Part shown: piece after piece, positions 1 to 8,558 of the stretch
Layout: each line of letters starts with the position of its first letter
How positions within the stretch are numbered: position 1 is the first letter of the stretch
Sequence record: SRR31156797_4828
DNA: 31,352 nucleotides
Reading direction: 5' to 3' (one strand)
The notes under the pieces: generated by a model
Database searches by the model: none
What the model was told of the DNA's origin: nothing
The model's input: the letters and a program-made list of their open reading frames with translations, nothing else
Translations under genes and position numbers: made by a program

Positions 1-1589
1 GTCGTGGAAACCAAGATCTGCAGTTGATTTTCTTTGAATGCTTCCATAATAGTGTCTTTTTCTTGATTCTTCATTTTCCCGTGCAACATCCCTACTTGAT
101 AGGTTGGGGAAAAATAACTTTGCAGCTGCTCATAAATCTCCGTGGCATTCTTGACATCCAGCATTTCGGATTCTTCGATCAAAGGACAGATGACATACAT
201 CTGATGCCCTTGTGCCAATTCTTTTTGCGCCCACTCTAAGATCGATTCAAACTGCGGTGGCCGGACCCAGCGAGTCTCTACAGGAATCCGTCCTGCCGGC
301 ATCTCATCGATCACCGAAACATCCATTTCGCCATAAGCCGTGATCGCTAGCGTACGAGGGATCGGCGTGGCGGTCATAAAGAGTACATCAGGCAGATAGC
401 CTTTTTCCCTTAAGACTTTTCGCTGATTGACCCCGAAACGGTGTTGTTCATCGGTGATGACTAAGCCAAGATGTGCAAAGTCTACCCCTTCTTGGATCAG
501 CGCATGGGTCCCAACGATGATGTCGATCTCCCCAGCTGCTAATTGTTCTAAGATGACCCGCCGTTCTTTTGGTTTGGTCGAGCCTGTTAAAAGAGCGGTG
601 GTCACTTCTAAGGGGTCAAAGAGTTGATTCAAGCTCTCTAGGTGCTGTTGGGCCAAAATCTCAGTCGGCACCATCAGTGCGCCCTGAAAGCCAGCCGTCA
701 TCGTAGCATAGAGGGCGATCGCCGCAACGACTGTTTTCCCGCTCCCTACATCTCCTTGCAAGAGCCGCTGCATGTGCTGCGGACTTTTCAGGTCATGGCA
801 GATTTCATTGGTCACGCGCTTTTGCGCATTCGTCAATTCAAAGGGCAGTTTACGAGTAAATTCTTTCAAGCGTTGCACATCATAATCGATCGCCAAGCCG
901 TTTTTCTCGGCTTTTTCGCTTTTCTTCAGTCCTTGGATCTGCATTTGGAACAAAAAGAACTCTTCAAAAATCACCCGACGCTTCGCTTGATGGCTCTCTT
1001 GGGGATCTTTGGGAAAATGCATTGCAAACATCGCGGATTTTCGATCCAACAACCGATATTTTTCGATCAATGACAAAGGCAAGATCTCCGTGATCTGATC
1101 ACCAAAATCAAGGAATGCCTGTTTGATCAGTTCGATCAACACACTTTGACGCACGGCTTTATTGACATGATAAATTGGGGCAAAGTCTTCTGCGCTCTTG
1201 CTGCCGAGAATTTTCATTCCCGTCAGTCCTTTGCGTTTGGCGTCCCATTTGCCATAGACGGCGATCTCTTCTGAGACCTCTACTTTATCCTTCAAATAAG
1301 GCTGATTGAAAAAGGAGACATTAAAGACATCGTGGTCTTGCATCATGCGAAATTGCAACCGACTTTTCTTGTAACCAAAGCGATTGACGACCGGTGGGGA
1401 AACGACGATCCCCTTGATCGTTACTTTTTCTTGGTCTTGAATCTCCGCTAATTGCCGTTCTTGAATGTCTTCATAACGAAACGGGTAATACTTTAGCAGG
1501 TCTTCGATGGTTTCGATTCCTAAACTCGCCAAGTCTTGGGCGCGTTTTTCTCCGACACCCTTTAATACCGTAAGTGGCTGATTCAGCAT
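1..1589 (-). CDS. recG: ATP-dependent DNA helicase RecG (3' end runs off the window)
   Basis: Not in the ORF track; spot-translated by hand. ATG at 1589 after an AAGGAGG SD gives MLNQPLTVLKGVGEKRA...LLKYYPFRYED. Contains the helicase motifs HMQRLLQGDVGSGKT, ITDEQHRFG and FMTATPIPRTLA. Confidence 0.97.
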   Translation of the reverse strand, partial: MLNQPLTVLKGVGEKRAQDLASLGIETIEDLLKYYPFRYEDIQERQLAEIQDQEKVTIKGIVVSPPVVNRFGYKKSRLQFRMMQDHDVFNVSFFNQPYLKDKVEVSEEIAVYGKWDAKRKGLTGMKILGSKSAEDFAPIYHVNKAVRQSVLIELIKQAFLDFGDQITEILPLSLIEKYRLLDRKSAMFAMHFPKDPQESHQAKRRVIFEEFFLFQMQIQGLKKSEKAEKNGLAIDYDVQRLKEFTRKLPFELTNAQKRVTNEICHDLKSPQHMQRLLQGDVGSGKTVVAAIALYATMTAGFQGALMVPTEILAQQHLESLNQLFDPLEVTTALLTGSTKPKERRVILEQLAAGEIDIIVGTHALIQEGVDFAHLGLVITDEQHRFGVNQRKVLREKGYLPDVLFMTATPIPRTLAITAYGEMDVSVIDEMPAGRIPVETRWVRPPQFESILEWAQKELAQGHQMYVICPLIEESEMLDVKNATEIYEQLQSYFSPTYQVGMLHGKMKNQEKDTIMEAFKENQLQILVST

Positions 1590-1648
1590 AGGTACCCTCC
1601 TTTTCCAAAAGTGATTTTGATTCATTGCAGGGGTTCCTGCATTCATAG

Positions 1649-1692
1649 AAAAAGACGGAGCCAAAAATCATCTACGATTTTTGCCCCCGCCG
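1649..1692 (-). terminator. Probable intrinsic terminator after fakA
   Basis: Minus strand reads GGCGGGGCAAAAATC-gtagat-GATTTTTGGCTCCGTC followed by TTTTT. Confidence 0.6.
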
Positions 1693-1702
1693 CCTAATTT
1701 GT

Positions 1703-3385
1703 TTATTCTGCTGAGAAAAGATATGGATAAACCGGCTGATCTCCTTGATGGATCTCTACTTCGATCTCAGGATGCAGTTCAACGATCGCTTCTTCGATTT
1801 TCGCTGCTTCTTTGGCTTTGCCTTCTTCACCGATAATGATGGTGACGATCTCAGTATCTTCTGTGATCATTTTTTCTAAGGTAGTCATCGAAGCAGAGAA
1901 ACGATCGGGAACAGAAACAACGATTTTGCCGTCCACCATTCCTAAGAAGTCGCCTTCTGTGATTTCGATGCCATCAATTGATGTATTACGGATCGCATGG
2001 GTCACTGAGCCACTGACAACACTTGCTAAGACATCAGTCATCGCTTGCTGGTTTTCAGCTAGTGTGGATTGCTCGTGGAAGGCTAGCATCGCCGTCATCC
2101 CTTGAGAGATCGTCCGTGTTTCAACAACCGCTACTGGAATCTCGGAAACTTCCGCTGCTTGCTGCGCAGCCATAAAGATATTTTTGTTGTTCGGTAATAC
2201 GATCACTTGATCAGCATTGACTTCATTGATTGCCACCAAAATGTCTTCTGTACTTGGGTTCATCGTTTGGCCACCACTGATGACATAAGAAGCGCCTAGG
2301 CTAGTAAACAATTCTTTCAAGCCTTCGCCAGCCGCGATCGCGATGATCGCAAATGGTGTCCGCGGACGTTTTACTGGTGCAGTTTTTGCTTCTTGCTGAT
2401 CGTGTTCCAAGATCGTTTCATGCTGAAGACGCATGTTATCGACTTTGATTTTCACCAACGAACCGAATTTTTGACCATAATTCATAACTTCGCCGGGATG
2501 TTCCGTATGGACATGGACTTTGATGATCTCATCGTCATTGACCACTAATAAGGAATCCCCTAACTCGTTTAAGTAATTACGGAATGTTTCATAATCAAAT
2601 TCACTATCTACAGTCGGACCTTCACCGATCTTCACCATGATTTCTGTACAATAACCAAAGGTGATGTCTTCTGTCGCTAAGTGCCCTTGAACGCTGCGAT
2701 GATGTTCGGCATTGACCATTTCGTCCATAGCCGCTGGGGAAGGTTCGAAGATTTCATCGGCTGGGTATTCCCCAGTCAATGCATTTAAGAAGCCTTCATA
2801 GATAAACAACAATCCTTGACCGCCGCTATCTACCACGCCGACTTCTTTTAAGACGGGCAATAGATCAGGGGTTTTCGCCAATGAACGTTTTGCGCCGTGA
2901 ACCACGGCTTTCATCACTTCGATACAATCATCGGTAGTTTGTGCTTTTTTCTCGCCATATTCAGCTGAGATGCGTGCCACAGTCAAGATGGTTCCTTCCA
3001 CAGGTTTCATGACTGCTTTATAGGCGGTTTCTACTCCATGAGTAAAGGCTTGAGCCAATTCTGGTGCAGTGAGTGTTTCTGCGGTCGGGATAGCTTTAGA
3101 AAAACCGCGGAATAATTGAGACAAAATGACGCCGGAATTCCCACGTGCGCCCATCAATAGTCCTTTTGAAAGTGTAGCGGCAAGATCGCCGACGTTTTCT
3201 GAAGTCGCATCTGCGACAGCTTTTGCTCCACTGGTCATGGATAGATTCATGTTTGTCCCGGTGTCTCCATCTGGAACAGGAAACACATTCAATGAGTTGA
3301 CAAACTCTGCATTAACTTGTAGACGAGCCGCGCCTGCCTGCACCATTTCTTGAAACTGACTTGCGCTGATATTCGTTACCTTCAC
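1703..3385 (-). CDS. fakA: DAK2-domain fatty acid kinase subunit A (YloV/FakA)
   Basis: 560 aa with NVFPVPDGDTGTNM, GARGNSGVILSQ, KVHVHT and GGQTMNPS motifs; conserved rpmB/asp23/fakA/recG context. Confidence 0.93.
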   Translation of the reverse strand: MKVTNISASQFQEMVQAGAARLQVNAEFVNSLNVFPVPDGDTGTNMNLSMTSGAKAVADATSENVGDLAATLSKGLLMGARGNSGVILSQLFRGFSKAIPTAETLTAPELAQAFTHGVETAYKAVMKPVEGTILTVARISAEYGEKKAQTTDDCIEVMKAVVHGAKRSLAKTPDLLPVLKEVGVVDSGGQGLLFIYEGFLNALTGEYPADEIFEPSPAAMDEMVNAEHHRSVQGHLATEDITFGYCTEIMVKIGEGPTVDSEFDYETFRNYLNELGDSLLVVNDDEIIKVHVHTEHPGEVMNYGQKFGSLVKIKVDNMRLQHETILEHDQQEAKTAPVKRPRTPFAIIAIAAGEGLKELFTSLGASYVISGGQTMNPSTEDILVAINEVNADQVIVLPNNKNIFMAAQQAAEVSEIPVAVVETRTISQGMTAMLAFHEQSTLAENQQAMTDVLASVVSGSVTHAIRNTSIDGIEITEGDFLGMVDGKIVVSVPDRFSASMTTLEKMITEDTEIVTIIIGEEGKAKEAAKIEEAIVELHPEIEVEIHQGDQPVYPYLFSAE

Positions 3386-3431
3386 TTAGATAGTCCTCCT
3401 TAAAATCATCCGCCATGAACGGATCCCTTGC

Positions 3432-3794
3432 CTAATCTGGCAGTACACGTACGCCTTGAACAAATACATTTACCGAGTTCGCAGATACACCTAGCATCGT
3501 TTCTAAGTTGTATTTCACTTTTTCCTGCACGTTGCGGGAAACTTCGGAAATTTTTGTTCCATAGCTAACAATCGTGTATACATCCACTGCAATGCCGTTT
3601 TCTTCTTGGCGGACAACGACACCGCGAGAATAATTTTCTTTTCGTAAAATTTCATTGATGTTATCTTTGATTTGTTTCTTGCTAGCCATACCAACAATGC
3701 CGAACACATCTGTTGCTGCGCCTCCGACCACTGTTGCAATGACTTCATTGCTGATTTCAATAATACCTGATGAGGTTTGAATTTTTACAGCCAT
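3432..3794 (-). CDS. Asp23/Gls24 family protein (YloU-like)
   Basis: Start moved to ATG 3794 (MAVKIQ) behind a GGAGG SD; 120 aa; GIVGMASK and YGTKISEV motifs; located upstream of fakA. Confidence 0.9.
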   Translation of the reverse strand: MAVKIQTSSGIIEISNEVIATVVGGAATDVFGIVGMASKKQIKDNINEILRKENYSRGVVVRQEENGIAVDVYTIVSYGTKISEVSRNVQEKVKYNLETMLGVSANSVNVFVQGVRVLPD

Positions 3795-3907
3795 TTTATA
3801 GCCTCCTTCAATGGGCATGACCCATCTTTCTTCTTACATATTTTATCATAGCTGTACCGCAAATAAAAGGATGAGACATATGAAAAGGGGCTTTCTGACC
3901 AAACGTC

Positions 3908-3936
3908 TTGCATTTCGACCTTGTTTAATTTACAAT
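3908..3936 (+). promoter_or_regulatory. Candidate sigma-A promoter towards rpmB (distal)
   Basis: TTGCAT-17 bp-TACAAT. Confidence 0.55.
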
Positions 3937-3955
3937 GTTTACTGGGAAAAGTCAA
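3927..3955 (-). promoter_or_regulatory. Candidate sigma-A promoter towards asp23-fakA
   Basis: TTGACT-17 bp-TAAATT on the minus strand. Confidence 0.5.
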
Positions 3956-3974
3956 TGTTTCTTGAAAATTACTC

Positions 3975-4003
3975 TTGCTTTTTTCACCTTTCTGTGATAA
4001 ATT
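3975..4003 (+). promoter_or_regulatory. Candidate sigma-A promoter for rpmB (proximal, extended -10)
   Basis: TTGCTT-17 bp-TAAATT with TG at the extended -10 position. Confidence 0.55.
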
Positions 4004-4060
4004 CAGATGGTATGAGCTGAAATAGCGCTCCAACATCAAGGCAAAGGAGGAAATAACCAC

Positions 4061-4249
4061 ATGGCTAAAGTTTGTTACTTTACTGGACGTAAAACTGCAA
4101 GTGGAAACAATCGTTCTCACGCAATGAATGCGACAAAACGTACTGTGAAACCTAACTTGCAAAAAGTTCGCGTTATGATTGACGGAAAACCTAAAAAAGT
4201 TTGGGTGTCAACTCGTGCTTTGAAATCTGGAAAAGTTGAGCGCGTATAA
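4061..4249 (+). CDS. rpmB: 50S ribosomal protein L28
   Basis: 62 aa containing [32 protein letters not shown]. Confidence 0.98.
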   Translation: MAKVCYFTGRKTASGNNRSHAMNATKRTVKPNLQKVRVMIDGKPKKVWVSTRALKSGKVERV

Positions 4250-4262
4250 TTAGACCTTTTCG

Positions 4263-4288
4263 GCCGTTCGTTTTGAACGGCTTTTTTT
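4263..4288 (+). terminator. rpmB intrinsic terminator
   Basis: GCCGTTC-gtttt-GAACGGC followed by T7. Confidence 0.85.
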
Positions 4289-4411
4289 GTACCCTTTTTT
4301 CTTTGGTGCGCTTTCACTTAGGTTTTCATTAAAGAAAATAGGTCTTTGTTTTTTTAATCGATTCACCTGTGGTAAACTAAGAAAAAATTGATAAAGAACA
4401 GGTGACTTCTT

Positions 4412-7060
4412 GTGACGAAAATAAAAACATTTGCCAAACAACATTGGCCTTATATGCTTGCTAGTTTCTTCTTGCCGTTTCTTATCATGGCAGTGATCTA
4501 TTTGACCATCGGTATCTACCCCGGCAGCAGCCGCAGTGTCTTAGCCAGTGATGCCTTTTCGCAATTCTCAAACTTTCATGCCAGCTTTCGCAATATGCTC
4601 TTAGGCAAGCAAAGTATCTTTTATACATGGAACGCCTCTTTAGGCTTAAATTATCTGGCATTGATCTCCTATTATTTAGGGGGAATCTTCACTCCCCTCG
4701 TCTTATTTTTCCCAAATCAGCTAATGCCAGATGCGCTGTACTTTTTAACCTTGATCAAAATCGGCAGTGCGGGCTTGGCGTTTTGGTTCTATGCCAGCCA
4801 AACCTTTAAGATCCAACGTTGGCAGCATGTGACCTTAGCAGTCTGTTATGCCTTGATGTCCTTCATCACCGCCCATTCGGAACTGATCATGTGGCTTGAT
4901 GCCATGATCTATCTACCGCTAGTGATTTTAGGTATTGACCGGTTAGTGAAAAAGAAAAAAACAGTCGTGTTATTTATCAGTTATCTGCTGTTATTTTTAT
5001 CCAGTTTTTACATGGGCTTTATGATCGGTCTCTTTTCCGTGATGTATTTCTTGGTTCAATTGGGTCGCAACTGGAAGCAAGCTCGCGGGGCGATCATTCC
5101 TTACGGCATCACCTCTTTGTTAGCTGGCGGCGCCTCAATGGTGATCATCTTACCTGCCTTATTAGATTTGCGGTCGAACGGGGAAGAATTGACGACGATT
5201 TCTTCCTTTAAAACCGAAGCCACCGATGTCTTTGATCTCGTGATGAAAAACATGATCGGTGTTTACGATACGACAAAATACGGCTCCATTCCCTTCATCT
5301 ATATCGGCTTATTGCCGTTGCTGTTGTGTATTTTATATTTTGTTTCGAAGAAAATCCGCTTGAAAGATAAATTCTTATACGCTGGCATGTTTGCTGTTTT
5401 GATCGCCAGTTTTTATATCGTGCCGATGAATCTTTTTTGGCATGGGATGCATGCCCCAAATATGTTCCTTTTCCGCTATGCCTATTTGTTCTCCTTCTTA
5501 GTGATCATGCTGGCGGGATACGGATGGGAGCAACTTCAGCAAAAAGATCGCGGATTGTTTCTCATTATTGGTCTTTCTACGATCGTGGTATTTGCCCTCT
5601 CCTACGCATTGAAAGGAGCCGGAACCTATGAATATGTTTCCGCTACTTCCTTTGCGCTAACGATCGTATTCTTTGTTCTTTACTTGTTATGTATTGGGTT
5701 CGGGCAATTAGGTCTTTTAACACAAAAACGAGTGACGATCTTGATGCTGATCTTCGTCTGCGGAGAAATGGCCGTCAATACGAGCGGCATGGTTCGCGGA
5801 ATTTTGAATGATTGGAACTATGCTTCTCGTAGTTTGTATACAGAACCTTATCCGGACATCAAAAAACTAGTCACTCAAGCCAACGAAGACAATGATACCT
5901 TTTTCCGATTAGAAAACCTTGATCCTGTTTCTTCCAACGACAGTATCAATTATGGCTACAGCGGGGTCAGCATGTTTTCTTCAATTCGTAACCGCAATTC
6001 CTCAAGCTACCTGGATAAGCTGGGCTTTCGGTCTCGCGGCACCAATTTAAATATCCGCTATCCGAATAATACCTTGCTGATGGATGCTTTTACAGGAATC
6101 AAATACAATATCTCCAAGCCAAATCTCACCAAATACGGCTTTCAACGAGTCGGAGAATCTGGTGAATACAAGCTCTATGAAAATCAAAATGCGTTACCTC
6201 TAGGTTTCTTGGCTGAACCGACCATCGAATCGATTGAACAGCCGCAAAACGACAACTTGACGAGCCAGAAAAATCTTTTCAATGGCTTGGCCGATTTAAA
6301 TTTAGAGTATTTTGCCTTTCAGCCGATCACGGTGATCCATAGTAAAAATACAGATATCACCAATGACGGCATGTATATGAAATTTACCGAACAAGAAAGC
6401 AATGTCGCAAAAGAAGTGACTTGGCAAGTGGAGGTTCCAGCGAACTCGCAAGCATACTTGAGTCTCTTCCCTGCCAACTTTGGGGAATTGGAAAGCTCAT
6501 CTGCCACCGTGACAGTCAACGGTCAGCAGCGAGAAACGCAAATCAGTATCAACGGTCAATACTACGACTTAGGACATTATGAGACCGATACGACGGTTCA
6601 ATTCACCGTCAGCTTCTACGGAACGCCTGAAATCTCCTTCCAAAACCCGCAAGTCGTGACCTTGGATACCAACGCCTACCAACAAGCAATTGATGCGATC
6701 CAAGAACGAGGGGTCGCTATGACTGTCGGCAAACGCAGTGCCAAAGCCGACATCACGACTGAAAAAGAGCAGCAGCTTGTAACAACCATCCCTTATGACA
6801 AGGGCTGGACTGCTACGCTTGACGGCAAAGAAGTCCCAATCACGGCCTTTCAAGATGGCTTTATCAGTGTGACGATCCCAAGTGGCACCCATCACTTGGA
6901 ACTCTCCTTCTTGCCGCAAGGCTTTGTTATCGGTGTTTGCTTGTTCTTTGGCTGCATCGCATTGTTTATCTTGTTTGCTTGGTTTTACCAGAAACAAGTA
7001 GCCAAAAAGCAAGTCTTGGACAACCAACGCCAACTCATGGATCAACCACCAGAAACCTAA
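4412..7060 (+). CDS. YfhO-family polytopic membrane protein (putative GT-C teichoic acid glycosyltransferase)
   Basis: 882 aa with many TM segments, an N-terminal SDAFSQF...YYLGG motif, a large extracellular loop and a C-terminal TTIPYDKGWTA..DGK motif typical of YfhO. Confidence 0.85.
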   Translation: MTKIKTFAKQHWPYMLASFFLPFLIMAVIYLTIGIYPGSSRSVLASDAFSQFSNFHASFRNMLLGKQSIFYTWNASLGLNYLALISYYLGGIFTPLVLFFPNQLMPDALYFLTLIKIGSAGLAFWFYASQTFKIQRWQHVTLAVCYALMSFITAHSELIMWLDAMIYLPLVILGIDRLVKKKKTVVLFISYLLLFLSSFYMGFMIGLFSVMYFLVQLGRNWKQARGAIIPYGITSLLAGGASMVIILPALLDLRSNGEELTTISSFKTEATDVFDLVMKNMIGVYDTTKYGSIPFIYIGLLPLLLCILYFVSKKIRLKDKFLYAGMFAVLIASFYIVPMNLFWHGMHAPNMFLFRYAYLFSFLVIMLAGYGWEQLQQKDRGLFLIIGLSTIVVFALSYALKGAGTYEYVSATSFALTIVFFVLYLLCIGFGQLGLLTQKRVTILMLIFVCGEMAVNTSGMVRGILNDWNYASRSLYTEPYPDIKKLVTQANEDNDTFFRLENLDPVSSNDSINYGYSGVSMFSSIRNRNSSSYLDKLGFRSRGTNLNIRYPNNTLLMDAFTGIKYNISKPNLTKYGFQRVGESGEYKLYENQNALPLGFLAEPTIESIEQPQNDNLTSQKNLFNGLADLNLEYFAFQPITVIHSKNTDITNDGMYMKFTEQESNVAKEVTWQVEVPANSQAYLSLFPANFGELESSSATVTVNGQQRETQISINGQYYDLGHYETDTTVQFTVSFYGTPEISFQNPQVVTLDTNAYQQAIDAIQERGVAMTVGKRSAKADITTEKEQQLVTTIPYDKGWTATLDGKEVPITAFQDGFISVTIPSGTHHLELSFLPQGFVIGVCLFFGCIALFILFAWFYQKQVAKKQVLDNQRQLMDQPPET

Positions 7061-7063
7061 TCG

Positions 7064-7162
7064 AAAAAGAACCAACTCGTCTTTTTGAGGCGATCTCCTT
7101 AAGTTAGAGCAAAAGCTGACTTATGGGTGTCGCTCAATGATCGGTGAGTTTGGTTCTTTTTT
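7064..7162. terminator. Long imperfect hairpin, probable bidirectional terminator between yfhO and rgg
   Basis: Arms AAAAAGAACCAACTC...GCGA..CC.TAAGTTAG and CTGACTTA.GG..TCGC...GAGTTTGGTTCTTTTTT, with A/T tracts at both ends; lies between convergent genes. Confidence 0.65.
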
Positions 7163-7268
7163 GTGCTCAGGTTCCGCAGTTGTTCGCTCTAGTGGTCTTA
7201 GCATCCATTACCCGCTAGATCCCCTTCGATTCGGGGAGCAATGCCTAGCCCGTTAGCCCTTAGAGCGT

Positions 7269-8255
7269 TTAGCGAAACATAAGATAACTGTTGGGTTCTT
7301 CCGCATTTTTCTTGATGGAGTGCAACGATCGCTCCCATAATTTAACCATTTTGGTTTGTTTTAAGACGCGAAAGATCGAAATCCCTTGATCGATTTTCAA
7401 CAGTCCTTTTTCTTGATCGCCATAAATATACCAGTACCATCCTTGATAGCAAAGAAGATGCGTACTGTTTAGCATGTCTCCGCGATCTGCCAATAATTCC
7501 TCTGCAATGGTCAACACCTCTTTTGCCCACTCCAGGCGGCGAAAATTGACAAACGTCGTAAAACAACTAAAAATCAAATCCATTTGAATTTCTCGCATCA
7601 AGGACAAACCTTGTTCTTTTTTTGTGCGAGAGATAGCGATCTGCAGTAAGTGATAGGAGGTTTCGACAGGAAATAAGAATTGAAAATAACGAAACAGCAA
7701 AATCTCATAAACGCCCCAGTTGTCTACTTTCGTAAGGTAGGAAATGACGGGGCGAGTTTTGGTGCGTAGCTTTTCCATATAGTCACCAGAAGAGTGATTG
7801 AGTTTAGGACCTGAGAGATTGATTTCATGTATCTCCTTTGTGATCTCAAGGTACAGAAAAACAAAAGAATGCTGTTTGGAAGCGGCGATCAGTTCGCTAC
7901 GCATTTCCTCCAGCCCTTCTTTGCTTCTCTGGGCGTGGGCGTTACTCAAATAAGCTTCTTTGTTGATCCCTAAAATTCGATCCAGTAAATCCATAAATTC
8001 GCTCGTCATATAGCTGGGAAAGCTCATCAGGTTGTCGTGCCCTTTTACGCCCTTTTGCTGCGCACGCAAATAATAAAACTCTTCCACTGTGACATGGATA
8101 TTTTCTAATAAGCGTTCCAATCGATGAATACTGATACTTGAAGCACCTTGCTCAAATTTACTGATAAACGAGCGACTGTTTTGTTCATCCGCCACTTGAG
8201 CGATCGTATAGCCGCGCTCTTTGCGCAATTGTCGGTACAGTTTTCCTTCTTCCAT
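7269..8255 (-). CDS. Rgg/GadR/MutR-family transcriptional regulator (XRE HTH plus TPR-like domain)
   Basis: Start moved to ATG 8255 behind a GAGGAGG SD; 328 aa; N-terminal GKLYRQLRKERG...SRSFISKFEQG...EEFYY and C-terminal NWGVYEILLF are Rgg hallmarks. Confidence 0.85.
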   Translation of the reverse strand: MEEGKLYRQLRKERGYTIAQVADEQNSRSFISKFEQGASSISIHRLERLLENIHVTVEEFYYLRAQQKGVKGHDNLMSFPSYMTSEFMDLLDRILGINKEAYLSNAHAQRSKEGLEEMRSELIAASKQHSFVFLYLEITKEIHEINLSGPKLNHSSGDYMEKLRTKTRPVISYLTKVDNWGVYEILLFRYFQFLFPVETSYHLLQIAISRTKKEQGLSLMREIQMDLIFSCFTTFVNFRRLEWAKEVLTIAEELLADRGDMLNSTHLLCYQGWYWYIYGDQEKGLLKIDQGISIFRVLKQTKMVKLWERSLHSIKKNAEEPNSYLMFR

Positions 8256-8474
8256 AACCATCCTCCTCACAACGATCGGTCTACAAACGCCAAACCAATC
8301 CCACTTCACGAATGAAGCTCCGCAATTAAATTTTCCTGTTCTAGATTTCAAGTTTAGATTCAAACCTATAAAATGTTGAGTAACAAAATCTGCGGCACCT
8401 TATTTACATGCCACTCTTTTAACTGCTAATCACTCATGACAGTAACCTCTGGTATGCTCCTGGTACATTTAAAT

Positions 8475-8488
8475 TCCACTATAGTGGA
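8475..8488. promoter_or_regulatory. Perfect 14-bp palindrome, candidate Rgg operator
   Basis: TCCACTATAGTGGA is self-complementary and lies upstream of a TATACT (8518-8523) that has no good -35. Confidence 0.5.
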
Positions 8489-8558
8489 TTATTTTCTTCT
8501 CTTAGTATAAAGCATCCTATACTGATTTTACAACGTAGAACGTGAAAGGATGATTTCG

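Noticed and set aside
24..1073. Plus-strand ORFs 24..239, 427..627 and 642..1073
   Set aside because: Antisense shadows of recG, which the ORF track missed because its stop codon lies outside the window.
1471..1671. Minus-strand 66-aa ORF and the small TGCAGG/CCTGCA hairpin upstream of recG
   Set aside because: The ORF overlaps recG out of frame, begins inside the terminator and has no SD; the 6-bp stem is too weak to call.
3785..4444. ORFs 3785..4162, 3811..4020, 4117..4317 and 4250..4444
   Set aside because: They run across promoters, rpmB or its terminator and have no recognisable protein features.
8256..8363. N-terminal extension of the Rgg ORF in the track (start 8363)
   Set aside because: A strong GAGGAGG SD precedes ATG 8255, and the HTH begins there.
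8373..8429. 18-codon ORF MLSNKICGTLFTCHSFNC with three Cys in the rgg-MFS spacer
   Set aside because: Looks superficially like a RiPP precursor, but there is no SD, no leader and no modifying enzyme nearby; ORFs this short are expected by chance.
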